From: an uncultured Acidobacteriota bacterium
GTDB taxonomy: Bacteria > Acidobacteriota > Vicinamibacteria > Vicinamibacterales > CAVVIG01
Reading direction: 5' to 3'
Assembly: GCA_963711505.1 (NCBI GenBank)
Contig: CAVQEJ010000003.1
Location: forward strand, 2,439,720-2,503,719
DNA length: 64,000 bases
Shown here: positions 20,262 through 31,941 of the stretch, in pieces
Position numbering within the stretch: the stretch's first letter is position 1
Layout of the letters: each line of letters begins with the position of its first letter
The notes under the pieces: generated by a model
The model's input: only the letters and a program-made list of their open reading frames with translations
Databases searched by the model: none
What the model was told of the DNA's origin: nothing
Translations under genes and position numbers: made by a program

Positions 20262-21399
20262 CGTGATGCTCCGCAGTGCGGGCCGTCCGGGGCGCCGACG
20301 CCCGGATGGCCCGGACTTCTTCCGTGATGTCGATTCCGACCGGACACCAGGTGATGCAGCGGCCGCACCCGACGCACCCCGAGCTGCCGAACTGATCGAA
20401 CCAGGTCGACAGCTTGTGCGTCATCCATTGCCGGTAGCGGGACTTCGTCGAGCGGCGCACGCTGCCGCCGTGCACGTACCAGAAGCCCATCGTGAAGCAG
20501 GAATCCCAGTGCTGCCAGCGCTCGGCGTGCTCGCCTTTGAGGTCGCTGACCTCTTCGGTACTCGTGCAGAAGCAGGTGGGACAGACCATCGTGCAGTTGC
20601 CGCACGCCAGGCAGCGCGACGCCACGTCGTCCCACCGGGGATGATCGGCATTCTGCTGCAGCAGATCGCGGATGCCGGTCGTGTCCATCTGCCGGCCCAT
20701 CTGCCGCGTGGCGTTCTCGTGCCGTCGCGCCGCCTCCTCGAGCTCGCCCGGCGCCGCCTCGCGATGCGGCAGTCCGTCCAGCACCTCGTGGCCGGCCGGC
20801 GTCCCCGGCTCGACGACGAAGTAGTGCTCGCCGTCGCCGATGACCTCGGTCAGCGCGAGATCGAAGCCGCCCGACGCCTGCGGTCCCGTGCCCATCGACG
20901 TGCAGAAACAGGTGCGCGCCGCCTGGCCGCAGTTGACGGCCACCACGAACGCGTTCCGGCGCCCGGCCGCATACCGCTGGTCGACGACCGCTCCGCGCAG
21001 AAAGACGGTGTCCTGGATCGCAATGGCATGCAGGTCGCAGGCCCGGGCGCCGATGAGCGCCGTCTTCGGCTCGGTGAGCGGCTCGGCTTCCATCCGCAGG
21101 CCGTCCGCATCGCGCGTCGCCCGCCAGAGACGGACCGACGGCGGATGGAACACCTGCTTCCACGAGTGCGGACCGACGGTGTACCCGAACAGCGCCGCGT
21201 CGTCGCGCCGCTTCAGCCGGTAGGTGCCGCCCTCCTGCTCGTCGGTCCAGCCGATCGGCAGGTCGTCGACGCCCGACAGCTCCGCGTACACGATCGCCCC
21301 GTCGCGCACGGTCGGCCCCACGAGGCGATAGCCTCGGGCGCGTAGCGCCGCCAGGAGCCCGGGGAACTCGAGGCGCTGCAGCACGAACTGGGCAGGCAT
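20248..21399 (-). CDS. hydrogenase beta subunit-like 4Fe-4S dicluster protein (AsrA/HydB-like)
   Basis: 383 aa with [16 protein letters not shown] and [12 protein letters not shown] ferredoxin motifs. Confidence 0.85.
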   Translation of the reverse strand: MPAQFVLQRLEFPGLLAALRARGYRLVGPTVRDGAIVYAELSGVDDLPIGWTDEQEGGTYRLKRRDDAALFGYTVGPHSWKQVFHPPSVRLWRATRDADGLRMEAEPLTEPKTALIGARACDLHAIAIQDTVFLRGAVVDQRYAAGRRNAFVVAVNCGQAARTCFCTSMGTGPQASGGFDLALTEVIGDGEHYFVVEPGTPAGHEVLDGLPHREAAPGELEEAARRHENATRQMGRQMDTTGIRDLLQQNADHPRWDDVASRCLACGNCTMVCPTCFCTSTEEVSDLKGEHAERWQHWDSCFTMGFWYVHGGSVRRSTKSRYRQWMTHKLSTWFDQFGSSGCVGCGRCITWCPVGIDITEEVRAIRASAPRTARTAEHHDGDA

Positions 21400-21528
21400 G
21401 CCCTCATGATATACGCGATGGGCAAGGAGGGGCCGGCGGACACGGGGCGCGCATCAGATGGCCGCCGGACTCACGCATCTCGCAGGAGCGGCCCGAAGCG
21501 GATTCCGCGCGGCATGGCCGCCCCGGGC

Positions 21529-22485
21529 TCAGTCTCCCCGGGGATCGGCGGGAGGCGGGTCGGTGAACCGGACGGCCGGCTTCGGCCGCTCGTCCACCGA
21601 CAACGAGAACACGTCCGGACGGGCGTAGTGGCCGACCACGTCGAAGTCGTACTTGCCGCGCGCGATGTCGTCGCCGTTCAGCTCGGCCACCAGCACGCCC
21701 TCGCCGTCGCGCAGCGGGCCGGCCATCACCTGCCCGAGCGGGGAGACGATGACGCTGCCCCCCTTGATGAGCACCGTGTCCGGCTCGTCGCCCTGGATGG
21801 CGCGATAGTCGGCCGGACAGTCGGCCCGCCGCAGATACTGGCAGGCGCTCAGCACGAAGCAGCGTCCCTCCATGGCGATGTGCCGCACCGTCGGCAGCCA
21901 GGTCTCGCGATCGTCGACGGTCGGCGCGCACCAGTGCGTCACGCCCTTGGCGTACATGGCGGTGCGGAACAGCGGCATGTAGTTCTCCCAGCAGATCGCC
22001 ATGCCGATCGTGCCCCGTCCGAACGGCACCGCCGGCAGGGTCGAACCGTCGCCGAACCCCCAGATGAGCCGCTCCGACGCCGTCGGCATCAGCTTGCGGT
22101 GCCGGCCCAGCAGGGCGCCGTCGGGCCCGAAGCAGAGCGACGTGCAGTACAGCGTGCCGCCGGCGCGCTCGATGACGCCGATGACCAGGTGCAGCCGGCT
22201 CTCGGCCGCCATCTCCCCGAGCGCGACCGTCTCGGGGCCGGGCACCGCAATGGCCGCCTCCCAGTACCGGCGGAAGTCGTCGCGCCCGTCCGGCGATCGC
22301 GAGCCGACCCGCGCGCCGAAATCGAGCCCCTTCGGGTAGCCCCCGATGAACGCCTCGGGAAAGACCGCCAGCGTGGCGCCCGCCGCCGCCGCCCGCTTCA
22401 CGAATCCCCGCGCCTTCTCCAGGGTCCGGCTCGTCTCGAAGACGAGCGACCCGGCCTGCACCACCGCCGCTTTCACCTTGTTCAT
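21529..22485 (-). CDS. nitrilase / carbon-nitrogen hydrolase family protein
   Basis: 318 aa with FPEAFIGGYP, RKLMPT and the MAICWENYMP catalytic Cys context. Confidence 0.85.
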   Translation of the reverse strand: MNKVKAAVVQAGSLVFETSRTLEKARGFVKRAAAAGATLAVFPEAFIGGYPKGLDFGARVGSRSPDGRDDFRRYWEAAIAVPGPETVALGEMAAESRLHLVIGVIERAGGTLYCTSLCFGPDGALLGRHRKLMPTASERLIWGFGDGSTLPAVPFGRGTIGMAICWENYMPLFRTAMYAKGVTHWCAPTVDDRETWLPTVRHIAMEGRCFVLSACQYLRRADCPADYRAIQGDEPDTVLIKGGSVIVSPLGQVMAGPLRDGEGVLVAELNGDDIARGKYDFDVVGHYARPDVFSLSVDERPKPAVRFTDPPPADPRGD

Positions 22486-22632
22486 GGAACGTTCACTCCG
22501 CCTGAGATTCCGTGGTGCGCCTATTGTGTGCCGGAGGCGAGGCCGCTGTCACAGCCGGGACGACCGGCCGGAGGGATCTCCGGCCGGCGCCGGGTCGTCG
22601 GCGGGCGGCTGGACGACGCGGGACGCGCCGCC

Positions 22633-25105
22633 TCAGGCCGCGTGCGTTCTCGCCAGCATCCCCGAGTGCTCGGGGGCCAGCACCTTGTAGGCGAGGATCT
22701 TCACCTGGTCGGTCAGCAGGAACCACGCGAGCGCATAGCCCCAGACGACGAGCGCCCAGTTCCAGCCGATGGCCGGCATCAGGAGGCCGTAGACGGCGAT
22801 GAGCGTCGCCAGCGCCTGCGTGCCGAGGACGGCCACGACCAGGATCCGCGCCGGGCGGCTGGCCCAGAAGCGCTTGCGCGTGCGGGTGATGAAGATCGTG
22901 AGATGACCGGCGACCGAGAGCTTCAGGTACATGAGCGTCTGGATCGTGCTCCGGTCGAGGTGCCAGACGCGCTCGCCCAGATAGAACAGGCCGAACGAGG
23001 CGAGCACGCCGGTGATGCCGAGGATCGTGGCGATCCCGAGCACCATCCGCATGTTCCAGGCTTCGGGCTGGTCCGAATAGTGCACGCGGTCGTACGCGAT
23101 CGACAGGATGGCGCCGTCGTTGAGCAGCGCCAGCAGCACGATCATGACGGCCGTCACCGGGTAGAAGTTGAACACCAGGATCGACAGCGTCATGAACAGC
23201 AGCACGCGCATCGTCTCGGCGATGCGGTAGATCGCGTAGCTGGTCATCCGCTGGAAGATCTTCCGGCTCTCCTTGATCGCGTCGATGATGACCGACAGCC
23301 CGGGCGTCGTCAGCACGATGTCGGCGGCAGCCCGCGCGGCGTCGGTCGCCCCGGCCACGGCAATGCCGGCGTCGGCCTTCTTCAGGGCGGGGGCGTCGTT
23401 GACGCCGTCCCCCGTCATCCCGACGATATGTCCTCGCTGCTGCAGGAACTCCACGAGGTGATACTTGTGCTCGGGAAAGACCTGCGCGAAACCATCGGCC
23501 TGCTCGATCTGCTCGGCGATCCGCCCATCGAGCGGCACCGGGCGGTCCTTGCTGCCAAACAGGCTCGCATCGAGGATGTTCGCCCGCATGCCGAGCTGCT
23601 GCGCGATCTGCTTCGCGATGGCCAGCTGATCGCCGGTGACCATCTTGAGACGGATGCCCATCTTCCCCGCCGTCTCGATGGTCGACTTCGAGTCCTCGCG
23701 CGGCGGATCGTAGAGGGGCAGCACGCCGAGGAACTGCCAGGCGCCGCCGCCGTCCTTGCGCGCCACGCCAAGCGCGCGATAGCCCTTCTTCGCGAAGCCC
23801 TCGACGGCCCGATCGACATCGGCCTTCACGTCGTTCGCGTTGGCCGCCAGCGCCAGGATGACCTGCGGCGCCCCTTTCGTCGTCACGAACGTCCGGCCGT
23901 CCTTCGCCTTCACCGTCGCTTCGGTCCGCTTGTGCACCGGATCGAACGGCTGGAAGTGCTGCACCTCGGCTCCCGGCGGCGGCCACTCGCCGTCGACGCT
24001 GTTCAGCACCGCCAGGTCGATCGTGTCGTTGTCCTCGCGGCGCGAGGCCCACGCGCCCGCCTCGATCACCGCCCGCGGCTCGACGCCGGACACCGCGAAG
24101 GGATCGCCGAGCGTCAGCTTGTTCTGCGTCAGCGTGCCCGTCTTGTCCGAGCAGAGCAGGTCCATCCCCGCCAGCTCCTCGATCGACGCCAGGCGACTGA
24201 CGATCGCCTGCTTGCCCGCCAGCAGTCGCGCCCCGACCGCCATGGTCACCGAGAGCACGGCCGGCATCGCCACCGGGATCGCGGCCACCGTCAGCACCAG
24301 CGCGAACTGCAGCGTCGTCATCATCGGGTCGCCGCGGAACAGGGCGACGATGAGGATGATCGCCACCAGGACGATCGCCATGACGATGAGGTAGTCACCG
24401 ATCTTGAGGACCGCGCGCTGGAAGTGGCTCGCGGTGTGGGCCTCCTCGACGAGCCGCGCGGTCCGGCCGAAGTAGGTCTGCTGGCCCGTCGACTGCACGA
24501 TCGCGTCGACCTCGCCCTGCGTCAGCACCGAGCCCGAGTAGACGACCTCGCCCGTCGCATGCGTCACCGGCAGCGATTCCCCTGTCAGCGCCGACTGATC
24601 GACCTCGACGGGATCACCCGCCTTCAGCGTCGCATCGGCCGGGACGATGTCGCCGATGCGCAGCCGGACGAGATCGCCCGGCACCAGCTCGCGCGCCGGC
24701 ACCGTCGTCCACGCGCCGCCGCGCCGGACGCGGGCCTTGAGGGCCAGCGTCGCCTTGAGGGCCGCAATCGCATTGCCGGCCTGGTACTCCTCCCAGAAGC
24801 CGACGACGGCGTTCATCACCAGCAGCGCGCCGATGATCCAGAAGTCCTCCCAGTGGTGCACGACGACCGACAGCACCGCCGCCGCCTCGATCATCCAGGC
24901 GATCGGCCCCCAGAAGTACGACAGGAACTTGAGGATGGGGTTGACCGAGGCCTCCGGCAGCTCGTTGTAGCCGGTACTGCTCGAGGCGCCGCGACGCCTC
25001 CTCGGGCGTGAGCCCCTCGGGGGGCGTCTCCGGCAACGTCGGTGGCTCCGGCTGAGCCGCGGCGGCAGCTCCGCCGCCCGGCCTGGTATCCGCGCGTCCC
25101 GTCAT
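22633..25105 (-). CDS. P-type ATPase, plasma-membrane H+-ATPase-like (type III), one +1 frame change near 24972
   Basis: ORF 22633..24894 carries CSDKTGTLTQNKL, MVTGDQ and MTGDGVNDAPALKKADAGIAV. The N-terminus MTGRADT...GLTPEEASRRLEQY is in ORF 24614..25360. Removing one base from TACCGGCTAC restores EQYGYNELPEASVNPILKFLSYFWGPIAWMIEAAA. A GGAGG SD precedes ATG 25105. Confidence 0.85.
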
Positions 25106-25431
25106 CGCGGCCTCCTTCTCTCGCTCACGACCTGAACGATTGAACGGCTGTGCGGTATCGCAACGCCCGATGGATCCGAAGCAGGACGCGTACCGCCACG
25201 ACGGCATCCCGACGGCGGCCGGATACCGGCGGCCGGGTGCGCCGGCGCAGGAATCCCAGTCGGGAATCGGGGGATTTTCAGCGTGCTGCCCGGAGCGTCT
25301 CCTCCCGGCTCCGATGTGCCCGAGGCGGACCGCGCTGTCACCGTTCGCCGCGACCTGCATCTCTGAGGAAGCGGGCCGACGCCCGTTCGTCAGGCATGCC
25401 CGGATGATCGGGCGGAAAGGAAGTCAGACCG

Positions 25432-26167
25432 ATGCCTCTGCTCAATGCCGAGTCGGAAAAGCAGGTGCGCGCTGCGCTCGCCGAGCTCACCGCGCCGGTC
25501 ACGCTGGTCCTCTTCACGCAGGGCCAGGGCGGCGCGCTGGAGTGCGACTACTGCACCGAGACGCGCGAACTCGTCGAAGAACTGGCCGCACTGTCCGACA
25601 AGATTACGGTAGAGGTCCGCGACTTCGTCGGCGACACGGACGAAGTCCGGAAGTACGGCGATCGACAAGCTTCCCGCGCTCGTCGTGATGCGCGGCGGTG
25701 CGGAGCCGAAGGACTATGGCATCCGCCTCTACGGCATTCCGGCCGGCTACGAGTTCGCCACGCTGCTCGAGGACATCCGCATGGTGAGCCGCGGCGAGCC
25801 GGCGCTGCGGCCCGAGACGCTCGAGGCGCTCGGGCGACTGACGGGGCCGGTACGCGTGCAGGTGTTCGTCACGCCGACCTGCCCGTACTGCCCGCGCGCC
25901 GTGCTGCTGGCGCACAAGCTGGCGATGGCCAGCGACCTGGTGACCGGCGAGATGGTGGAAGCCACCGAGTTCCCGCACCTCGCCCAGCGGTACCACGTGC
26001 AGGGCGTGCCGCGCACGGTCATCAACGAGGTCGTTCACGTCGAGGGGGCGGTGCCCGAGCAGCAGCTCATCATGGAGCTGATGACGACCACCGACCAGGC
26101 GGCGATGAAGGGGCTCGAGGCCGAGTGGGCGGCCCACGATCACAGTCACCACGCGCACGCGCATTGA
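25432..26167 (+). CDS. PDO/glutaredoxin-like double thioredoxin-fold protein with His-rich tail, one +1 frame change at ~25660
   Basis: The first half is in ORF 25432.. (LECDYCTET) and the second half in ORF 25685..26167 ([21 protein letters not shown], tail [10 protein letters not shown]). The junction EVRKYG[g][13 protein letters not shown] is restored by deleting one base. Confidence 0.75.
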
Positions 26168-26205
26168 CCGGGCGGGCCGCCAGGCCCACACGGACGAGCC
26201 GACAA

Positions 26206-26228
26206 GGCGCCCGGCGCGGCCGGGCGCC
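26206..26228. terminator. perfect 10-bp GC hairpin between convergent genes
   Basis: GGCGCCCGGC-gcg-GCCGGGCGCC, located between the PDO-like stop (26167) and the DUF423 stop (26238). Confidence 0.45.
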
Positions 26229-26237
26229 GCGCGCCTC

Positions 26238-26609
26238 TCAGCCCTTCAGGCCGAAAATCGCGAGACAGACCCAGCCGGCGAGGAAGGCGAGACCGCCGAG
26301 CGGCGTGATCGCCCCCAGCCAGGCGACGCCCGAGGTCGCCAGCAGGTACAGGCTCCCCGAGAAGAGGACCGTGCCGACGACGAACAGCCAGCCGGCCGCC
26401 ACGGGCAGCGCGGCTCCCGGCCAGCGCGCGACCATCCAGGCGACCGCGAACAGCGCGAGCGCATGGTACATCTGGTAGCGCACGCCGGTTTCCCACACCT
26501 CCAGCATCTCCGGCGACAGGCGCATCTTCAACGCGTGCGCGCCGAACGCACCAAGGGCGACGGCGAGGCCGGCCAGCACGCTTCCCGCGAACAGCAGCGT
26601 TCGATCCAT
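26238..26609 (-). CDS. DUF423 (YgdD/TMEM256-like) small membrane protein
   Basis: Internal ATG 26609 of ORF 26238..27449 is preceded by an AGGAAGGA SD. The protein is 123 aa and reads [28 protein letters not shown]...[13 protein letters not shown], with four hydrophobic helices. Confidence 0.8.
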   Translation of the reverse strand: MDRTLLFAGSVLAGLAVALGAFGAHALKMRLSPEMLEVWETGVRYQMYHALALFAVAWMVARWPGAALPVAAGWLFVVGTVLFSGSLYLLATSGVAWLGAITPLGGLAFLAGWVCLAIFGLKG

Positions 26610-28062
26610 GTCCCGTCCTTCCTGCGCGGGGCTCAGCGCGACCGGTTGCCGCCGCCCGGCCCCTTCCGTCCGCCGTGGACGAGGACGGCCGCCCGGCGAT
26701 CCGCCCGGCCGGTGGCCCTGGGGCGACGAGGCGCCGCGGCTGTTCCTGGTCGTCGGCGCCTGACGCGCGCCGGCCGGGCGCTCCGGCCGCGCCGCCGGCC
26801 GACCCGGTTGCCGCCCGGCTTCCTGCGCCGCTCGCCGCTCGGTCTTGGCGCGCGCGCGGGCCCGCTCCTCCGCCTTGCGCGCCCGGATGGCCGCGATCCG
26901 CTCGGCGAGCGGAATCTCCAGGCTGCCGGACGGCTTCGCCGTGTAATCGAAATCGGGCACCGTGACGCGGGGCAGCCGCCGGCCGATCGCCTTCTCGATC
27001 TGCCGCAGGTCCGACTCCTCGTCGGGCGCGACGAACGTGAAGGCGCTGCCGGTGGCGCCGGCGCGTGCCGTGCGGCCCACGCGGTGGATGTAGTCCTCGG
27101 GCACCATCGGCACGTCGAAATTGACGACGTGCCCGAGCTCCTCCACGTCGATCCCGCGGGCGGCGATGTCGGTCGCCACGAGCACGCGGTAGCGGCCGCT
27201 CTTGAACCCGGCCAGCGCCTGCGTGCGCTGCGGCTGCGACCGGTTGCCGTGAATCCGCTCGGCCTCGATCCCCTCGCGCACCAGGTGCTTCATCAGGCGA
27301 TCGGTCCGGTGCTTCGTCCGGGTGAACACCAGCGCTTCCTGCATCTCGCCGCTCCGCAGCAGCGCCAGCAGCAGCGACGCCTTCAGCTCGCGCGGCACGG
27401 GGTACACAGCCTGCGTGATGCCGACGGCCGGCGCCGACTGCCGCTCCACGTTGATCGTCAGCGGGATCGCGCAGCATCTCGCGGCTCAGCGCCGCGATCG
27501 GCGGCGGCATGGTGGCGCTGAAGAACAGCGTCTGGCGGCGCGGCGGCAGGTGGCGGAGGATCTTGCGGATCTCCGGCAGGAAACCCATGTCGAGCATCCG
27601 GTCCGCTTCGTCGAGCACCAGGTACTCCAGCCCGGACAGCTTCGCGTACGGCGACCGGAAGTGATCGAGCAGGCGTCCCGGCGTGGCGATGATGACGTCG
27701 ACGCCGCTGCGGAACGCATGTTCCTGCGGCCCCATGCCGACGCCGCCGAAGACCGGCGCACCCGTGATGGGCGTGTGCACCGCCAGATCCTTCAGGTCCC
27801 CGTGCACCTGCGCGGCCAGCTCGCGCGTCGGCGTCAGCACCAGGGCCCTCGTCGTCCCCCGCGGACGGCCGATCAGCTGATGCAGGATCGGCAGCAGGAA
27901 GGCGGCCGTCTTGCCGCTGCCCGTCATCGCGCAGGCCAGCACGTCCTTCCCCGCCAGCGCGGCCGGAATGGCGTCGGATTGAATCGGCGTGGGGCGGACG
28001 AACCCCAGTTCCTTGATCCCTTTGAGCAGGTCGGGATGCAGATCGAGCTGAGTGAATGGCAC
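26610..28062 (-). CDS. DEAD-box ATP-dependent RNA helicase, +1 frame change at ~27460; 3' end unresolved
   Basis: The GTG 28062 start gives (M)PFTQLDLHPDLLKGI. Motifs are AMTGSGKTAAF, PTRELA, VLDEADRMLDMGF and SAT, then in ORF 26238..27449 ARGIDV and HRVGRTARAG followed by a basic R/G/P-rich tail. The tail either reads through into DUF423 or, with one more +1 insertion, stops at TGA 26633-26635. Confidence 0.8.
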
Positions 28063-28226
28063 AGAACTCTCGTGGAAAGCAGCCGCGCCGGACCGCCGGA
28101 GGATCCGGCGATCGGACGCGGCTCGACCCTCTATTATCCCCCATCTTCCGGAGAAGGGCCGCCACGGCAGGGCATCCGCGGCCGGGCGGGCCCGATGCCC
28201 GAACCGGCCGCCGACGGGCCCGCGGC

Positions 28227-30049
28227 TCAGTCGATGATCAGCACGCCGGCGTCGGGCACCGGCGCGTACGAGGCGTTCGACCTCGCCCGGCCGGCCGGTC
28301 AGCACGGCGCGCTGGTTGATGTAGCCCTTGTCGGTGATCTCGCCGCGGTCGACCGACGGCGGCTCCTGCAGGAAGAGCACGCGCGCGACGCGCGTGCTCG
28401 CACCCGGATGCTCCCGGTTGTGGGCGCGCAGGGCGGCGCGCACGGCGCCGCGGATGTCGTCCGCCGCGGTCCCGGGGACGGCGAACAGCAGCGCCCCGAG
28501 CTCGTCGCGATCGTGCCCGGCGACGACGAGATCCTGAACATGCGGCGCGCAGGCGTTCACGAGCCGCACGCGCAGCTCGCCGACCGACACCCACGTCCCC
28601 GACGACAGCTTGAAGTTCTCGGCGGTTCGGCCGTCGAAGACGACACCGTCGATCGGCGAGGCCGGATCCGCGAGCCGGCCGGCGTCGCCCGTCGCCAGGA
28701 ACCCGTCCTCGTCGACCTCGGCCGGCTGCACCCGTCCGCCCCGCTGCCAGCAGCCCGGCGTCACGTTCGGGCCGCGCACGCGCATCTCCAGCTTGTCGAG
28801 CGACGGCACGAACTTCAGTTCGCAGCCGGGCGCCGGCAGGCCGATCACGCCGGCGCGATCGATCGGGAAGTGGACCGACGTGACGAGCGGCGCGGTCTCG
28901 GTCGAGCCCCAGGCCGACACGAACGGCACGGGCGGCCGGCCGCCGCGGACGCGGGCGCCCAGTGTCTCCAGCCGCGTCCAGAGATGCTGCGGCAGCGCCG
29001 CCGCCGCATAGAACACGAGGTCGAGCTCCGCGAAGAACGAAGCCGCGAGCGCCTCGTCGCCTTCGAGCAGCGGCAAGAGCATGGCGTAGCCGCGCGGCAC
29101 GTTGAAGTAGATCGTCGGCGACACCGTCACGCAGGTTCGCCGCCGTGGTCTCGATCCCGGCCGGCGTGGGGCGGCCGCGATCGATGTGCAGCGTGCCGCC
29201 GTTGCGCAGCACGAGGTTGAAGTTGTGATTGCCGCCGAAGGTGTGGCTCCAGGGCAGCCAGTCGACGACCACCGGCGGGCGGCGCTCGACGAACGGCCAG
29301 ATCTGCGCGATCGCCTGCTGGTTCGAGCAGAGCATCCGCTGCGTGTTCACGATGCCCTTCGGCGACCCGGTCGAGCCCGACGTGAACAGGATCTTCGCGA
29401 TCGTCCCGGGGCCCACCGCCTCGAAGGCCCGCCGCGCCCGGTCGCCGGGTGTCGTCGACGCCAGCTCCCGCACCGTCCGGGCCGCACGGCCCGCCGGCGG
29501 CCGGCGGCTGACGATGAGCGGCACGTCCGGCAGGTCGAGGGCGTCGAGCGCCCGGCCGAAGAGGGCGGCATCCTCCGCGTACACCGCGCCCGGACCGACG
29601 CAGGCGGTCACGTCGCGCAGCTTGCCGAAATCGTGAGAGGCCAGCGAATAGGCTGAGGACACCGGTGCCGCGGGAATGCCCGCGTGCATCGCCGCCAGCT
29701 GCAGCAGCGCGTGGTCGATGCCGTTGTCAGACAACAGCAGCAGCGGCCGATCGGGCGCCGCCCCCAGATCGAGCAGTGCCTGGGCGAGCGCGCGCACCAC
29801 GGTGCCGGCCTCGCCATAGCCGACCTCGCGCCGGGCGCCGCCCGCCTCCCGGGCAACCAGGAACGGCCGGGCCGGGGCGCGGGCCGCCCAGGTCTCGAGC
29901 CAGTCACCGACGCACCGGGCGAACGGCTGCAGCGCATGGCCCGACCGCAGCAGGAACCCGCCGCCGGGCCGCCTGTCCATCTCGACCGCTGGCGGGGCGA
30001 AATGTGAGGCGGTCCGGCTCGCCGCACCGGAACGTTCTTCGTTGCCCAT
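28227..30049 (-). CDS. AMP-dependent acyl-CoA synthetase, feruloyl-CoA-synthase-like; two +1 frame changes (~29131, ~28269)
   Basis: The N-terminal half is in ORF 28238..30049 (LFTSGSTGSPKGIVNTQRML, WLPWSHTFGGNHNF). The C-terminal half is at the start of ORF 26146..29130 (PTIYFNVPRGY...WGSTETAP...ITDKGYINQRAV). The last residues ERLYAPVPDAGVLIID* are in a third frame. Confidence 0.8.
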
Positions 30050-30188
30050 ACCGCTTCATCGTATCCGCCGCGACCGGCGATCCCGTCGCCGACGGGCTCG
30101 CCCGGGCCGGCGGTCTGCCTTACCATAGCTCACCCACCGTCCCTGCCATCGGGACGGCGCGTGCCCTCATTCCGACAGGAGCGGTTCC

Positions 30189-31403
30189 ATGCCCGACCGG
30201 CGCGAGTTCCTCGGCCTGCTGTCGTCGATTCCGCTGCTCTCCGCGGCGCGGCTGCGGCCGCTGCCAGCCGATGACCACGCCTACGACCTGGTGATCAAGG
30301 GCGGGCACGTCATCGATCCGGCCTCCGGCCTCTCCGGCGTGCGTGACGTGGCGATCCGGGAGGCACGGATTGCCGCCGTCGCACCCGACATCCCGCCGTC
30401 GAGGGCACGGGTCCTGTTCGACGCGGCGGGACGCATCGTCACGCCGGGGCTCATCGACGTGCACGTGCACGTCTTCGAGGGGATTGCGGGCGTGGCGATG
30501 TCGGCCGACGCCGGCTCGCTGGCCCACGGGGCCACGACCGTCGTCGATGCCGGCTCGGCCGGCGCCACGACGTTCGCCGGCTTCCGCCGGTACATCGTGC
30601 AGCCGTCGGTCACCCGCATCTACGCCGCGTTGAACATCTCGACCATCGGCCTCGTGTCACTGGACGAGCTGAGCAATCCCGCGTTCATCGATACGAAGGC
30701 GGCGATCGAGACCATCGAGCAGAACCGGGATCTGATCGTCGCCGTCAAGGTGCGGTTGACGCCGGCACTGATCGGCCGACGCGATCTCGACGTCCTGCAG
30801 CGCGCGCGCGACGTGTCCGATGCGACGGGCGTTCCACTGATGGTGCACATCGGCGGGTCGCCGTCACCGCTGCGGGACCTGCTCGCGACACTGCGACGCG
30901 GCGACATGGTGACGCACGTCCTGCGGGAGCGGCCGCACGGCGTCATCGACGCCGGGGGGCGCGTGCGGGACGAGTTCCAGGATGCGCGTGCGCGGGGCGT
31001 GGTGATGGACGTCGGGCATGGATCCGGCAACTTCTCGTGGGAGACGGCCGAGGCGGCGGCCGCACAACACTGGTGGCCCGACACGATCTCGAGTGACCTG
31101 CATTCGCGGAACGCGAATGGGCCGGTCTTCGATCTGGCCACCACCCTGTCCAAGTTCCTGCTGCTCGGCCTTCCGCTGGAGCAGGTCGTCGCCCGGGCGA
31201 CGGTGGCGCCGGCCGCCATCTATCCGTTTCCGGACGGATGCGGCACATTGCGCCCGGGTGCGCCGGCTGACGTGGCGGTCTTCCGCTTCGACGACACGTC
31301 GTTCACGTTCACTGATTCTCGACGCCAGACGCGGGTCGGCAAACGCGGCCTGATCCCCGACGCGACGTTCAAACAGGGTGTGCGAATCCGCACAGCGCGT
31401 TGA
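30189..31403 (+). CDS. amidohydrolase/deacetylase-family metallohydrolase with Tat-like signal
   Basis: 404 aa: MPDRREFLGLLSSIPLL, LVIKGGHVIDP and GLIDVHVHVF (metal-binding HxH). Confidence 0.85.
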   Translation: MPDRREFLGLLSSIPLLSAARLRPLPADDHAYDLVIKGGHVIDPASGLSGVRDVAIREARIAAVAPDIPPSRARVLFDAAGRIVTPGLIDVHVHVFEGIAGVAMSADAGSLAHGATTVVDAGSAGATTFAGFRRYIVQPSVTRIYAALNISTIGLVSLDELSNPAFIDTKAAIETIEQNRDLIVAVKVRLTPALIGRRDLDVLQRARDVSDATGVPLMVHIGGSPSPLRDLLATLRRGDMVTHVLRERPHGVIDAGGRVRDEFQDARARGVVMDVGHGSGNFSWETAEAAAAQHWWPDTISSDLHSRNANGPVFDLATTLSKFLLLGLPLEQVVARATVAPAAIYPFPDGCGTLRPGAPADVAVFRFDDTSFTFTDSRRQTRVGKRGLIPDATFKQGVRIRTAR

Positions 31404-31505
31404 ACGCACGCGGCCGGGCTACCAATCGAGTGTCAGACAAACACTGACTACCAAGCCTGTCGGTTTACCGTCATACTGAGGGCCGATCTGCGGCGGATCA
31501 ATTCC

Positions 31506-31901
31506 ATGCCCACCATCATGGCCAGGTCGGAGAAATCCGAGACCGAGACACGGCGTTGCCCGTTCGATGGCCAGCCCCTGCGCCGGCACAGGGTCACTTC
31601 GATCGGCGGTGCGTCGGAGCGCACGAGCTGGGTGTGCCTGCGCCATCAGTGCTCGTACGCCGAACCGGACGATCCGCAGGCGCTGTTCCGGCTGTCATGG
31701 CTCCGGCCGATCTACCGGGCCCTGTGCACGCGTGCCGAATTCCGCGAGCGCTCGCTCGCCGAACAGTGGACGGTTCTGCGGCAGGCCGCGCGCCAGATCA
31801 GCGAAAGCCAGCCCGACAACGAGCGCTACGATCTGAGCGACGAGAATCCCGCCGAGGTCCTGAGCTGGCTCGAAGCGGCACGGCGCCGCACACAGAACTG
31901 A
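31506..31901 (+). CDS. hypothetical protein
   Basis: 131-aa ORF with balanced amino-acid composition and high third-position GC, unlike the Arg/Pro/Gly-rich shadow ORFs. I recognise no family. Confidence 0.5.
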   Translation: MPTIMARSEKSETETRRCPFDGQPLRRHRVTSIGGASERTSWVCLRHQCSYAEPDDPQALFRLSWLRPIYRALCTRAEFRERSLAEQWTVLRQAARQISESQPDNERYDLSDENPAEVLSWLEAARRRTQN

Positions 31902-31941
31902 CCGGCGATCCCCGCCTCCCCTCCGCTGCTTCCCGCCACGA

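Noticed and set aside
21406-25011. A 1201-aa plus-strand ORF, together with similar giants at 51945..55145 (1066 aa), 55242..58256 (1004 aa), 44116..46581, 6188..8209 (minus strand) and 26146..29130 read as a single protein.
   Set aside because: These are antisense or off-frame shadow ORFs, which are typical of very GC-rich DNA. Their translations are dominated by Arg/Pro/Gly/Ala/Asp/His runs with no motifs. The opposite strand or another frame encodes clearly recognisable proteins instead (P-type ATPase, ankyrin, DUF1552, DUF1592, permease, helicase, ligase).
26238-27449. Genuine helicase-DUF423 fusion protein, as printed in the ORF track.
   Set aside because: The DUF423 part has its own ATG with a strong AGGAAGGA SD. 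An out-of-frame TGA at 26633 would end the helicase if one more +1 insertion is present. Separate genes are more plausible, though this is unproven.
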